A stretch of DNA of 35,713 nucleotides from positions 1 to 35,713 of IMG/VR virus record IMGVR_UViG_3300006484_000990; one strand, 5' to 3'. The translations under genes were made by a program, and so were the position numbers. This document shows positions 24,917 to 35,713 of the stretch, in pieces. The stretch's first letter is position 1; each line of letters opens with the position of its first letter. The notes beneath the pieces are model-generated. The model saw only the letters and a program-made list of their open reading frames with translations. It searched no databases and had not been told where the DNA came from. The stretch comes from a virus (lineage: Duplodnaviria > Caudoviricetes).

Positions 24917-27900
24917 TTAATATCCTTCTAAGGGGTTGTTATTGTTATCAGTAAGAATTTCATAATCATCCGTTGTAATTATTGGACTTGCACCATAATA
25001 ATATGTATCAGGTAATATTGATTTTCTCTTACGTAAGAATTGTGCTTGTATAACACTGCTGGTCAATAATGATTCAGTTCCAGTCCATACATATCCCTTT
25101 CTTTGTACAATAGTAATATCTGTGTCTATTCCATTGGAGTCAGAAATATTTAACCTTAATGTGTTAGTAGCTGTGTTTATAGTAAATTCTGGATCAAATA
25201 TTTTAATTGTTTGATTAGAAAATTTATCGAGAGCAACTGATAAAGATGTTTTACGTAATTGACGGCCACCATAATATACAGTAACTTGATTAACTGCATC
25301 TATGTATGGATTTAATACAATTCCAGCACCTGTTGCAGTTGTAGTTAAAGTATTAATAACATATATAGTAGCAGTGGTAGATGTTGTTTGTATTAATGTT
25401 GTTTCAGTATAAGGTATTGTTTGCTGAGCACTTTGATCAAAAACTTGGGTTCCGATATTTGAAAAAGTTGCAGGGCCTGTTCCTAGTGTACTTCTTCGTA
25501 ATTGTCTTAATACATTGCCGTCTTTATCACTGAATTCGATACGTTCACCATCAATTATAACAATACCTGGTTTATTAATTAATGGATTAGGAGGAATTAT
25601 TCCATTGCCGTCTGTTAAATAAATTTCACTATCTGTATGTTTTAACGGTTTTAATAATGTTGTACTATGAAATGCTGACAATCGTTTAAAATGACTTCTA
25701 TTAAACATATCATTGAATACTCTATAACCGAGTATATAATTACCAAAAGATGGAGGATTAATAGTAGTAATTGTAATTGACGATGCTGTAGTAACTGATA
25801 TTAAATCACTTACTTCAATTGTGCGTGAATCATCTAATATATTAAATTCATTTCTAGCAGTTAATGAAATTCCATCAACATAGACCCAAACATAATCATC
25901 TGATAGTGGAGCAAAAGACAATGTAAAACGTCGAGTTAATGATCCATCAAATCTTTCAGTTTTAATTAACATATTATCGTGATCTGTAAAAGATGTAACT
26001 TTTATATCAACATTGGATACAGGAGTTATTAATTTTAATAAATTTCCTTCTATATTATAATCATAGTCTATAAGTCCAACAACCGCAACAACATCTCCAT
26101 TATTTAATAGTCCTTGAATAATAGTAACGGTGCTATTTGCTTCATTTAATGTATAATCAAAACCGGGTCGTAATTTAACACCGTTTGCGTATACAGAGAC
26201 TGTATTAGGTGAATACGTGCTTGCAGGTCTGTTATGTTTGTTATCCACAGCAAATGTTAATTGCCCATTAACAACTTGATAATAACTTACCCACGGTGGT
26301 AATAATCTTTTTCTTCCAGTTGTACTATCAGATATTTCAACAATTACCTGGGCACTTGCTGGCTCAATATTACCTGGAATATATTCAAGTTGAAAAATTG
26401 TTTGACTAGTTCCAACATTGATTATTTCTTCATTTACTCTATTAAAGTTTGTATACTTTGATTGTAAGAACCATGCTTGAATAGTATTTGTTCCTAATGA
26501 AGGTAAATTGTAAACTGTTACACTTGCTCTGTTATTAATATCACTATAAGGGCCTACTACATATCCATAAGTACCTAAGTTAGCTTGTTCTTGAGTTATT
26601 TCTTCTATGTGTATTCCATTAACTAAAACATATGTTCCATTAACATCATTTATGTTTGATAATAAACTCATAACTGTAGCACGTGATACATTTCTTACTG
26701 GAATTAAATTGCTATCAAGTACTGAATAATCACCTCCAATGGTTATCATTGTATACCCGGCACGGCCCGAAACAGATTGTAGCCCCATGTGAATTACATT
26801 TCCAACCATATAATATTGTGTAGAGCTAGATAAATCTAAAGCGTTATCTACCCTACTAAACATTTTTCCATTATAATGAACTATCATACCTGCATATTGC
26901 GTTACTGGAATACTCAATGTTGCAGAAACATAAGTTCCTGCAATTACCGGAAACGATCCTGATAACACTGTTGGATATGAAACTTCTGCTTTGGTATATA
27001 CGTTAATACCTAAACTATCCAATACATGTCCATTTACGCATTCCTCTGGTGCATAACTGGATCTTTCACTAACAAATTGATCTCCATCAATAACAATAGA
27101 TGTATTACCTGAAATAACAGATGTTGAAGTAAAGGTGACACCTTGTCCTCCAACAAAATTATTCCATGACCAGGAGCCGCCTGATATGGTTGATTCTAAA
27201 TTGCTTTGATTTATATCAGTTTTCCAAAATTCAACTGTGGTATTTCCGTAAACATAATATTTCAATATATATGTCGCACGTCCCATTTGATAGAAATTTG
27301 CTATCACATTCTGTGTTACAGGATCTACTGTTAAGAAATAATACTCACTATTAGGATAAGGACCAGTAATAGGAATGCCTGTAGGCATTTCTACTGTTTC
27401 GTTATCTTTAAATATTTGAATTCTTACAATTTCTTTATACGGTATTAATAATTCAACTGTTATAGTATTTGCTATTGATTTTGAATATATATCACTACCA
27501 TACCCTATTAATACAGATGCTGTATTAATGGCTACTGGTATTGTTGATATGGTGGCATTGGCATCACCAAATGTAATTATTGTAGCAGTTGTAGGTAATA
27601 CAGATCGAGCCTTTACAATAAACTTATCATTATCTAATATAGAAGAAATAGTGTACTGACCATTAAATTGATTATAATCCATTCCAGCTATGGTTACTGT
27701 GTCTCCTAAAATAATGCCATTATTGAATGTTTTAGATGTTGTTATGACAATATCCGATCCTATATTAGTGGCAGTTGATTTAACTGTTTTAATTACATAA
27801 TACGGTTGACTAATTGTAATTGTACTTGCTGTGGTATTAATGCCAACAACTACTGTATCTTGTCGTATACGGGTAGTTGTAGAATTTAAAATATTAATCA

Positions 27901-30900
27901 CTTGTCCTAGATATATATCAGTGGTAGTACTAAGATATAGAGTGGACGTTCCTATTTGAACGTTTCTTATTAATTTTGCAGAGGCATAATAACCTACAAC
28001 ATCGCTCCATGCTGACACATCATATTTTGAATTATTTTGAATACCATCCCAAGATGCTGAGTATTCAAATGGTAATCCTTGTATAATATTATTAGGATAT
28101 TCTACTCCTGACATAAATGACGATATAGAATCTGTAGAGGTATTGAATTTTGTTATCCTATCAACAGCGGTATATAATTCAATACTCTTCTTATAAGAAA
28201 TTTTAAATATCTGATCTTTATTGGGTATGTAATTTAAAAATACAAATCTAGAATACTCTTTTTCTTTTTCATCACGATAATATTGAATTGTATAATCATT
28301 TGATAATATTAATTTTCCATCAAGTGTAGGGAAAATATCTAATTTATTTCGATCTGCTAATATAGATAATGTGAACTTATCTTGTTTACCTGAACATATA
28401 AACGTGTCATTGACATCAATATCACCAATTTCAGGATATGCAGAAACTCTATCAAATCTTAAACCTATGATATTTTTTCTAGTAGTAAAGTTTAATAATG
28501 ATACAGAAACTGATGCAGTTAATATTACATTTGGTCCACCACCAGATATTGTAACTATAGGAGTTATTGTATATCCAGCACCCGGGTCAGTTACCAGTAT
28601 CTGATAAATCCCACCATTTCTTAAATAAGCTTCAGCAGTTGCAATTGAGGTAACTCTTGTGCCTCCTCCGGATATAGTAACTGTTGGCAATTGAGTATAA
28701 CCAATACCCGGATTGGCTACAATAATTGAACCCAGGCAATATGTATAATTATCAGCCCATAATTTCCATGGTTGCTGATTTATTAATCCAGTGTTTGCAA
28801 GCGTAACAATTTCAAATTTATTAGTGGCAGTATTATAATAAGAAGGTGCATCAAAATCGGTGAATAATAAATTAGAATTTTCGTCTAATGATGTATATTT
28901 TGATATGTAATTTCTAATATTTGTATGATAAGGTTTAACTTCGTTGACATATTCTTCAAAATATTTTTCATTATCTAATTTATATACTGGTCTTTGATCT
29001 AATGATCCAACTGTATTTGTAACATTAATAAATGATGTTTTGAATGCCCAGTCTAATAATTTTTGTTCAGTAAATGCATATTTTACTGCGGCAAAGAAGA
29101 ATTTATTCCAATAGACTTTAAGATTATTAACAAATATATCATTTTTCAATGCTAATAATATACGATATAATTCTATGTCGGGTATTTGATCATATAAAGT
29201 TTCTTCTAATGTAGTAACATCATATGCAACTTGTTTATTAGAAAATTTCCATAAAGATTCAGATATTTGAATTGTTCCTTTTTGGCTAAAAACAACATCA
29301 TAATGTAAGGAAAAATTTCCAATAACAGAGTTGGCTAATTTTTCAAGTATAATATATCTACCATCACCAACGTTATTAACTTTTACATAATCTCCAACCA
29401 CAATATCTTCTAATGTAGAAAGTCCATATGTTCCTTCAATAACATATTTGTAATCTTTAAAAGAATTATAATTTTCACTTACCCAATTAACATAGTTCCA
29501 ATATAAACGAGTATCGTATTTTTGATTTTTAATCATTGTCCACGATTCTCTTTTAGTATTACGAGAATTATAATTGAATTGATGCATTGTCCATCGATTA
29601 TTATATCGTGAATCATAGGTAACAATAACGGTCTGTGGACGAACTATCAATGATGGAATATCAACATATCCTGATCCAGAGTTTGATATTGTTGCATTTA
29701 TAACTTGTCCTCTACTATTAATCTCAGTTGAAATAATTGCATCTTTACCAGAGGATGAAATAATAGTTACCAACGGTGTAATTTTATAACCGTATCCCGG
29801 TGCTGAAACTTCAACTGATATTATTTTACCATTATTGATAGTGCATGTTAAAGAAGCTTGTTCATACTGTAAGGTATTAATACTATTAATTTCAGTAAAA
29901 TCACCAACTATTATATCGTATTCTCTAGATAATTCGTCCGGCGTAGGATCATAGCTATTTAAATTATTAAAATTATAATTTCCTGTTATTTTTTCTTTGA
30001 TTAAAACAGAATTAACAAATGTAATCTGATTTCTTAATGCCTCTATTCTATCTTTAAATAAAGTTTGTTGAGGACGTATTCCTATTCCGTATCTATTCCT
30101 ATAGGTTAACAAATTACTAGGAACAATATTACCAAGGAAATCATGCCCTAATAAACTATCAATTAGTTTTTTCTCTAATAATGGCTCTGGCATTTGATTA
30201 CTATTGCCTTCGGCCATTAGCACCCACTCGGTATGTCTAGGAATTTTATTTTTGTTTGAATTACTAGCAATATTTGCATTTATTCTATTACCAACTAACA
30301 TAGGTTGAACATTGGCAAATGCCAAAGAATCTGCTGATAATATTTCAATAAATTTTAAACCGTTTGCAACTGGATCAAGAATAATACTAGATACCTGATA
30401 ACTACTGATTCTTCTATTTTTAACATTAGGAACAGTTACTTTATTTTTTACCCAAAAGAAATATATATCTTCAACTGATCCTGTTACGTTGTTGAATAAT
30501 TGTTTAACAGAAACAACACTATTATCAGGATATTTAGGTTGTCCGCTTATTCCTTTGGTCAATCCTTGATTAGTGTCAGCTTGGGCGGCCCACTCACTTG
30601 GTAATAAATCAGATTTTACCCATTCATAAACATCAATAGTTGATCCAGGAAATAGCTTGCCCCAATTATTTTTTCTAAATATTTCGTCGCCCTGCTCATA
30701 CCATTGATATTTTGCGGTACTTAAATCCCACCACAATTCCCCTACATGTTCATCAATCCAACTTAACTCAGTGTCGACTATTGATAATTCTGTACCAATA
30801 GAATATATTGCTGGATCAAATGCTGATTTATATTTTAATTCTTGTTCAGCAATTCCTGCAATTTTTCCTTTTAAAGGATCTATTACATCTAGATATTCGA

Positions 30901-33900
30901 TTAATTCTTCTTTAAATGAATCTATTAATGCTATTCTATCAATACCAGACACATCAACAAGATCTGTTTGTTCTCTAAGTAATTTTAATCCATTAACAGA
31001 CTTATCTATTTTATAAAATTCAAATAATCTTGAAATAGCTGTAGTAGACGGTGACCCTACAAATATATCATTATTTGTGGCCAATACAGAATATCCAAAT
31101 CCATTTCCTGCAATTGCTGCTGGATCTGAAATTTTTTCTGCAAAAACAAAATAATCGTTTAAATTACCATATACATATACAACTCCAGAATTGGTTATAT
31201 TTGAGATAAAGCTAGTTGCTCCTCCATCAAATACAGTTTCTCCGTTTTTAGAAGTTTTATCAAATGTTAGCGTTTCTGTGTTATTAGTACCTAATGCACT
31301 TATTGCTAATGTATTATTATCACTAATAGATATAGAGACGCCAAATTTCATTCCACTACGAGGTAATGGATTATCTATAATTTGATGTAAGGTAGCAGTA
31401 GAACCGTTAAATTTATATACCGCAACTTTACCAAAAGATTTGTTGGAAGTACTAACATTAATTGATGATATAATTATATATGTTCCGTTGGACGAGACTG
31501 CAATATCATTTCCAAATACATCATTTGTTCCAAATGGTGATACTATTTTATTGATATATATTAAATTGACGTTGTTAACATTAAACAATTGTACCATACC
31601 GGTTGTATTGGTAACAGTATTAGAATAATATGGTGCAGTAATTGCAATTACAGAACCTGTACTATTTCCTGCAATCTTATCTCCAAATTGACTACCAAAA
31701 TTTAAAATATTAGGAGAGTTTAAAATAAGACCGGAGATATGAGGAACAATTGATACAGTAGCCGTTGTTAATGCAGTAGCTCTTTCTGTATCAATTCTAT
31801 TTCTAACGTCAGGGTAGGAGTTACGAATTTGTGTCCATGATGTAATAAAAGTGCTTTTATCTGGGCCAAGTCCATTTATCATCCAATATCTGATTTCACT
31901 TTCAGTGGGATATATTGGTGCAGCTGGATTTGTTTGATTTTGGAATGCTGCAACCACATTACCTCTAGTTTCTAAAATATTAATTGAATCCGCTGCTCTT
32001 GTTTGATCGATACTTGCGGCCAGTGCAGGATTAGCAATTCTATCATTAATTATTTGTTGATTAAATGTTTCTAATCCAAGGACCATCCAATACAATAAGG
32101 TAGCCTCGGAAGGATATACTTCTGCTAATATATTTTTTGCATAAGCATATATTACTTGGGCTTTTGTGGCCTTATAATAATTGGTTCTAGATACACTATA
32201 AACGTAAACGTTTCCTGTAGTGGTATTAATACTATTTCCAGGAGCACCAACTAATAATGTAGTAGAAGTATTAACATTGACATTATTTGTATATATAGAA
32301 TGACCAAATCTTGCATGAGATGCTATATTACTAATAGTACCATATGGATTTACTAATACTGCTTCAGTTTTTTCCTCAGTAATTGCATTATTGTAACTAC
32401 TAATTTTTACCAATCCTTCATTAATATATGGTTTAGGAGTGGAGTCAGAATTTGCCAATACAACTGTTCCGCTTGTTAAAGATACTGGTTTAACATTTGA
32501 TGCAGCAGGTGCTCCAACAAAAAATAATCCCTTATTGGTGTCATGCGATAACGAGTATCCAAACTCATTGCTTAATTGATTATTACAATAACCCTTATTA
32601 TTACTATTCAAAGTAAACTCAAATCTTTTACTTAATGAATTTGTAATTTTAAAATAAACTGATATATTTCCATATCGAGGAGTATCATTATATTTCCCCG
32701 TAGCGGCCATTAGCAATATTTTATTATTTTCTTGGCTATATATAGAATATCCAAACTGTTGATCAAATGCTGTGGTAGATGCAGTATTAATATATCCAAC
32801 ATTATAATTTTTTATTTTTTTGTATACTTGCCATTTATCATTAGTACCGTTATCTATCCATATTTTTTCATCATAATTTAATTTTGAAATATTATTACTA
32901 TTAATCAGATCCCGAACAGTGGTGTATCTAGCTTTTTCAAATTTAAATAACATTCCATTACTTAATAAGTCAGCATTAGAAATTGTGGTTAGCACAGACG
33001 ATACCGTAAATTGATCTAGCCTAGGAATATCTGTAATGATATGTATTCCGTCTACCTGCTCATTAAATCTTACAACAGATACAATATCACCTATTGATAA
33101 ACTATGATTTATATCTGTTGTAAATGTAATATCTACTCCAGGAGAACTTATATATACTCCTGCAATCTTAGGAGATAAATCGGTGTATCTATAAACGTCC
33201 CAATCGCCATTTTCTAAGAATCCCAACCAAACAGTATTACCTTCTTGGATTAATGAATTATTAGCAATATCCAATAAGCTGTTTTTATTGTATGCGGTAA
33301 CTGTAACATCGTCTGCCCTTACATACCCAGCAGTTGTTAATTCAAAATTAGTATCTGAAAATGTACTTGGATATGTGTTAAATGTTGATGATGATATATA
33401 GTCGTCAGGGGTGATTAATAAATCAGACGGTAATTTATAATTTGTTAAAGGAGTAGTATTTAAAGGTATACTATTTACAAATTTAACAAGGTACGTACTT
33501 TCTAATACTAATTCTTCCTGTAGTGAAAATTCAATTTCATTATAGGTTGAAAAACCTCCATAATTACCAACTCTAAATGCCCATTCTTCTTCAAATGATA
33601 TTTGACCTTGACGGGTGAATTTACCAACTTTGGACAATTTATCTATGGCATTTTTAGTACCTTTTTCTTTAATGAATCCTTGATAAAATTTATATTGAGA
33701 AATTGGATCTGTAATAATACTATTAAGATACTGTCGTGGAGTATATCCAATGAGATGTTGGGCTAATTTTTGTTGAGCTACATCAAAATTATCAATGTCT
33801 AAACTATAAAAATCTTCAAATTGATTTATTTTATAATCAAAGTTAGGTAATAAATTTGACTCAGGTTTATTATTTAATTTGTTCCATTTAGTAAAATCAA

Positions 33901-35713
33901 AAGTTTTATCATTAAGGATTTTTACATTTGATTGATAGTATGTACCGTTGTATCTTACAACAGCACCAGGCAAATATGTACCATATTCTACCCAGTCAAT
34001 TGTTTTAACATTATCATATACAAATCCAGGACTTGATAAATCACCATTCCACCCTGCTGTTCTAAATCCTGTTATTTTAATTCTTCTTTGTTTATATCCA
34101 GTTTCAATATCATAGATTGTATCATTAAAAATTGTAGTGTTATCAATTACCATACCGTGCTCTTTTTGCACAGAATTCAAGGTAGCAAAAAATATACCTT
34201 CCAATGTATCTATAGTATTAATAATGCAACTGTCATCTTCACGACTTAGTCTAAAATTATTGATAGGAAATGATTGTCCGTCGGCTTTTAATAAACTATA
34301 TTCATAATCACCAGTTGAAATATTATCAACAACAGAATTAGTATATGAATATTTTAAATAATCTGCAAATGGACTTAGTGTGATTAAGTTACCATCTGCC
34401 CAGTTTTGTGTAGTCCAGTATAAAAATTCTTTTCCTGTATATTTCCAATCCATTATTTCATTAAGATCAGTATTAAATTCATCAAATATAAATCCTTGGC
34501 CTTCGAGATATGCACCGTAGCCTATTAATATATCGTAAATTTCTTGTACTGTAGAATATTGTGAACCATATGAAACTTGTATAACTGTATTATTAAATCT
34601 TGATGATAGTTGTACCGTTGCTCCTCCCACCATTGGTAACTCTGGTAAGGGATAAAATAATGTTACATCAAATGTAGATTGTGTAGTGTGTCCAACTTTT
34701 ACACGATAATATCTATTATTATATCTTACAATCTGCCCTTGCTTATAATAACGTGTGGTAACAGCCGTTGGAGAAGTTATATCAATTGATCCAAGACCCG
34801 TTGATGTTATTGCACCAGACCATTCTGTAAACTGTTCGGACTTTCCTCCTACTGTTAATACACCTGACGAATTTGACTTAACAGGAGATACTATATTAAA
34901 ATAAGGATTAAGTTTATCATATCCTTTTATGATAAATTTATTATTTAATTTTTGAATTACAACACCAGAAATACTTGCAGATTTAGTCGGATTACTTACA
35001 TTCAATAATAAATTATAATTTTCCGGAGGTAATATTGCTCCGGGGCTTTGTGATAACGGATCAATGGAATCAATGACCACTTGTAATTTATCTTTACTAA
35101 CAAATCCGCCAATCTTGTGAAATAAATTAAAATTAAGATAGTTTAAATCTTGTTTTAAAATATCAAGATAATTTAAATCTTTTTGTGTACCTTTTTCAAC
35201 AACATAAACTCCAAAGCCTGCTGTTTGTGCATTATTGTATCCTTCTATTAAAAGTTTTTTAGGATTTAGATATAGGTCATCTTCTAAATAAGTTAATTGA
35301 TTTGTGCTGGTATTCAATGATGTTCTACTGGTATCATACATAAGTGATGTATATGTACAAGGATATAGTAATGCAGCAGCAGAATTCAATGCAAATGGCC
35401 AATAGCTACTTTTTCTCCATGCAGTCTCTGCTGGACCATGATCCCCAAATTTCCAATCAGATATTTTATCATAATATCCAGTTTCGTTTACTAAAAATTC
35501 AGAAGGTGCTAATAACTTGCCTAAACTATTAACTGGAACAATAGAAGCAAATTGAGGTCGAGTATACTTAGAAATAGTTGATGGTGGTTTATCTGTATAA
35601 CCGTTTGTAATTGCTAAAATTAACGCACTACGTTTAGTTGTATCGGTCCAACTGTAATAAGTATCCCACCAAGTTGGTTTAGAAATATGTCCTAATATTT
35701 CCCATGGATGCGT
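24917..35713 (-). CDS. Giant virion structural protein (>3,598 aa; 5' end outside the window), probably baseplate/tail associated
   Basis: The frame stays open beyond the TTG at 35389 to the window edge (THPWEILG...WKFGDHGPAETAWRKSS...). Contains FG-GAP-like repeats, G-x-GY-x3-P-x-V-x-I repeats and chitin-binding-like Y-x2-G-x2-VRYN motifs. Confidence 0.85.
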   Translation of the reverse strand, partial: THPWEILGHISKPTWWDTYYSWTDTTKRSALILAITNGYTDKPPSTISKYTRPQFASIVPVNSLGKLLAPSEFLVNETGYYDKISDWKFGDHGPAETAWRKSSYWPFALNSAAALLYPCTYTSLMYDTSRTSLNTSTNQLTYLEDDLYLNPKKLLIEGYNNAQTAGFGVYVVEKGTQKDLNYLDILKQDLNYLNFNLFHKIGGFVSKDKLQVVIDSIDPLSQSPGAILPPENYNLLLNVSNPTKSASISGVVIQKLNNKFIIKGYDKLNPYFNIVSPVKSNSSGVLTVGGKSEQFTEWSGAITSTGLGSIDITSPTAVTTRYYKQGQIVRYNNRYYRVKVGHTTQSTFDVTLFYPLPELPMVGGATVQLSSRFNNTVIQVSYGSQYSTVQEIYDILIGYGAYLEGQGFIFDEFNTDLNEIMDWKYTGKEFLYWTTQNWADGNLITLSPFADYLKYSYTNSVVDNISTGDYEYSLLKADGQSFPINNFRLSREDDSCIINTIDTLEGIFFATLNSVQKEHGMVIDNTTIFNDTIYDIETGYKQRRIKITGFRTAGWNGDLSSPGFVYDNVKTIDWVEYGTYLPGAVVRYNGTYYQSNVKILNDKTFDFTKWNKLNNKPESNLLPNFDYKINQFEDFYSLDIDNFDVAQQKLAQHLIGYTPRQYLNSIITDPISQYKFYQGFIKEKGTKNAIDKLSKVGKFTRQGQISFEEEWAFRVGNYGGFSTYNEIEFSLQEELVLESTYLVKFVNSIPLNTTPLTNYKLPSDLLITPDDYISSSTFNTYPSTFSDTNFELTTAGYVRADDVTVTAYNKNSLLDIANNSLIQEGNTVWLGFLENGDWDVYRYTDLSPKIAGVYISSPGVDITFTTDINHSLSIGDIVSVVRFNEQVDGIHIITDIPRLDQFTVSSVLTTISNADLLSNGMLFKFEKARYTTVRDLINSNNISKLNYDEKIWIDNGTNDKWQVYKKIKNYNVGYINTASTTAFDQQFGYSIYSQENNKILLMAATGKYNDTPRYGNISVYFKITNSLSKRFEFTLNSNNKGYCNNQLSNEFGYSLSHDTNKGLFFVGAPAASNVKPVSLTSGTVVLANSDSTPKPYINEGLVKISSYNNAITEEKTEAVLVNPYGTISNIASHARFGHSIYTNNVNVNTSTTLLVGAPGNSINTTTGNVYVYSVSRTNYYKATKAQVIYAYAKNILAEVYPSEATLLYWMVLGLETFNQQIINDRIANPALAASIDQTRAADSINILETRGNVVAAFQNQTNPAAPIYPTESEIRYWMINGLGPDKSTFITSWTQIRNSYPDVRNRIDTERATALTTATVSIVPHISGLILNSPNILNFGSQFGDKIAGNSTGSVIAITAPYYSNTVTNTTGMVQLFNVNNVNLIYINKIVSPFGTNDVFGNDIAVSSNGTYIIISSINVSTSNKSFGKVAVYKFNGSTATLHQIIDNPLPRSGMKFGVSISISDNNTLAISALGTNNTETLTFDKTSKNGETVFDGGATSFISNITNSGVVYVYGNLNDYFVFAEKISDPAAIAGNGFGYSVLATNNDIFVGSPSTTAISRLFEFYKIDKSVNGLKLLREQTDLVDVSGIDRIALIDSFKEELIEYLDVIDPLKGKIAGIAEQELKYKSAFDPAIYSIGTELSIVDTELSWIDEHVGELWWDLSTAKYQWYEQGDEIFRKNNWGKLFPGSTIDVYEWVKSDLLPSEWAAQADTNQGLTKGISGQPKYPDNSVVSVKQLFNNVTGSVEDIYFFWVKNKVTVPNVKNRRISSYQVSSIILDPVANGLKFIEILSADSLAFANVQPMLVGNRINANIASNSNKNKIPRHTEWVLMAEGNSNQMPEPLLEKKLIDSLLGHDFLGNIVPSNLLTYRNRYGIGIRPQQTLFKDRIEALRNQITFVNSVLIKEKITGNYNFNNLNSYDPTPDELSREYDIIVGDFTEINSINTLQYEQASLTCTINNGKIISVEVSAPGYGYKITPLVTIISSSGKDAIISTEINSRGQVINATISNSGSGYVDIPSLIVRPQTVIVTYDSRYNNRWTMHQFNYNSRNTKRESWTMIKNQKYDTRLYWNYVNWVSENYNSFKDYKYVIEGTYGLSTLEDIVVGDYVKVNNVGDGRYIILEKLANSVIGNFSLHYDVVFSQKGTIQISESLWKFSNKQVAYDVTTLEETLYDQIPDIELYRILLALKNDIFVNNLKVYWNKFFFAAVKYAFTEQKLLDWAFKTSFINVTNTVGSLDQRPVYKLDNEKYFEEYVNEVKPYHTNIRNYISKYTSLDENSNLLFTDFDAPSYYNTATNKFEIVTLANTGLINQQPWKLWADNYTYCLGSIIVANPGIGYTQLPTVTISGGGTRVTSIATAEAYLRNGGIYQILVTDPGAGYTITPIVTISGGGPNVILTASVSVSLLNFTTRKNIIGLRFDRVSAYPEIGDIDVNDTFICSGKQDKFTLSILADRNKLDIFPTLDGKLILSNDYTIQYYRDEKEKEYSRFVFLNYIPNKDQIFKISYKKSIELYTAVDRITKFNTSTDSISSFMSGVEYPNNIIQGLPFEYSASWDGIQNNSKYDVSAWSDVVGYYASAKLIRNVQIGTSTLYLSTTTDIYLGQVINILNSTTTRIRQDTVVVGINTTASTITISQPYYVIKTVKSTATNIGSDIVITTSKTFNNGIILGDTVTIAGMDYNQFNGQYTISSILDNDKFIVKARSVLPTTATIITFGDANATISTIPVAINTASVLIGYGSDIYSKSIANTITVELLIPYKEIVRIQIFKDNETVEMPTGIPITGPYPNSEYYFLTVDPVTQNVIANFYQMGRATYILKYYVYGNTTVEFWKTDINQSNLESTISGGSWSWNNFVGGQGVTFTSTSVISGNTSIVIDGDQFVSERSSYAPEECVNGHVLDSLGINVYTKAEVSYPTVLSGSFPVIAGTYVSATLSIPVTQYAGMIVHYNGKMFSRVDNALDLSSSTQYYMVGNVIHMGLQSVSGRAGYTMITIGGDYSVLDSNLIPVRNVSRATVMSLLSNINDVNGTYVLVNGIHIEEITQEQANLGTYGYVVGPYSDINNRASVTVYNLPSLGTNTIQAWFLQSKYTNFNRVNEEIINVGTSQTIFQLEYIPGNIEPASAQVIVEISDSTTGRKRLLPPWVSYYQVVNGQLTFAVDNKHNRPASTYSPNTVSVYANGVKLRPGFDYTLNEANSTVTIIQGLLNNGDVVAVVGLIDYDYNIEGNLLKLITPVSNVDIKVTSFTDHDNMLIKTERFDGSLTRRFTLSFAPLSDDYVWVYVDGISLTARNEFNILDDSRTIEVSDLISVTTASSITITTINPPSFGNYILGYRVFNDMFNRSHFKRLSAFHSTTLLKPLKHTDSEIYLTDGNGIIPPNPLINKPGIVIIDGERIEFSDKDGNVLRQLRRSTLGTGPATFSNIGTQVFDQSAQQTIPYTETTLIQTTSTTATIYVINTLTTTATGAGIVLNPYIDAVNQVTVYYGGRQLRKTSLSVALDKFSNQTIKIFDPEFTINTATNTLRLNISDSNGIDTDITIVQRKGYVWTGTESLLTSSVIQAQFLRKRKSILPDTYYYGASPIITTDDYEILTDNNNNPLEGY

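Larger units (their letters stand above)
1..35713. mobile_element. Segment of a large (jumbo-type, T4-like organisation) tailed dsDNA bacteriophage genome
   Basis: Phage-type PolB, clamp-like gene, T4-type RNase H, ThyA, DsbA-like protein, tail fibre/collar genes, a giant virion protein and T4-type late promoters (TATAAATA). No cellular housekeeping context, rRNA or integrase seen. Confidence 0.92.

Noticed and set aside
412-35532. Short alternative-frame and antisense ORFs in the track (e.g. 412-603, 3592-3945, 6818-7252, 14974-15264, 24408-24801, 30771-31016, 35344-35532)
   Set aside because: They lie inside well-supported genes and have no recognisable motifs. The repetitive ones near 24400-24800 just mirror the collagen-like repeat.
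35389-35713. TTG at 35389 as the start of the giant gene, with a non-coding region upstream
   Set aside because: The same frame is open and protein-like up to the window edge, so the true start lies outside the window.
1-35713. Stop-codon reassignment, as seen in some large phages
   Set aside because: Genes are full length and tightly packed under the standard code, and TAA, TGA and TAG all occur as sensible gene ends.
1-35713. tRNA or rRNA genes
   Set aside because: Intergenic gaps are short, and none shows a cloverleaf or T-loop pattern that I could recognise.

Overview
This is a gene-dense, AT-rich segment of a large tailed dsDNA phage with T4-like/jumbo myovirus organisation, read in the standard genetic code. 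The + strand arm (1-18912) carries a probable packaged head protein, a superoxide dismutase, a DsbA-like DNA-binding protein, a family B DNA polymerase and a probable sliding clamp. Next comes a 7-deazaguanine DNA-modification cluster: a DpdA/TGT-like transglycosylase, an unknown protein, a QueD-like T-fold protein with an LxxxHRHxF motif, a small ORF, a GT-B glycosyltransferase, a GalE-like epimerase and QueE. It ends with an RNase H/5'-3' exonuclease, hypothetical genes, a MoxR AAA+ / vWA-metallopeptidase pair and ThyA. The - strand arm (18909-35713) is a late virion module with tail fibre/baseplate-type proteins and a giant (>3,598 aa) structural protein truncated by the window edge. The most notable candidate system is the deazaguanine pathway with an embedded glycosyltransferase and sugar epimerase, which may make a glycosylated 7-deazaguanine. 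Its transglycosylase carries a peptide resembling the polymerase's C-terminal clamp-binding tail. A tandem covarying RNA motif sits directly before the polymerase RBS. All product calls come from motif recognition; no database searches were run.
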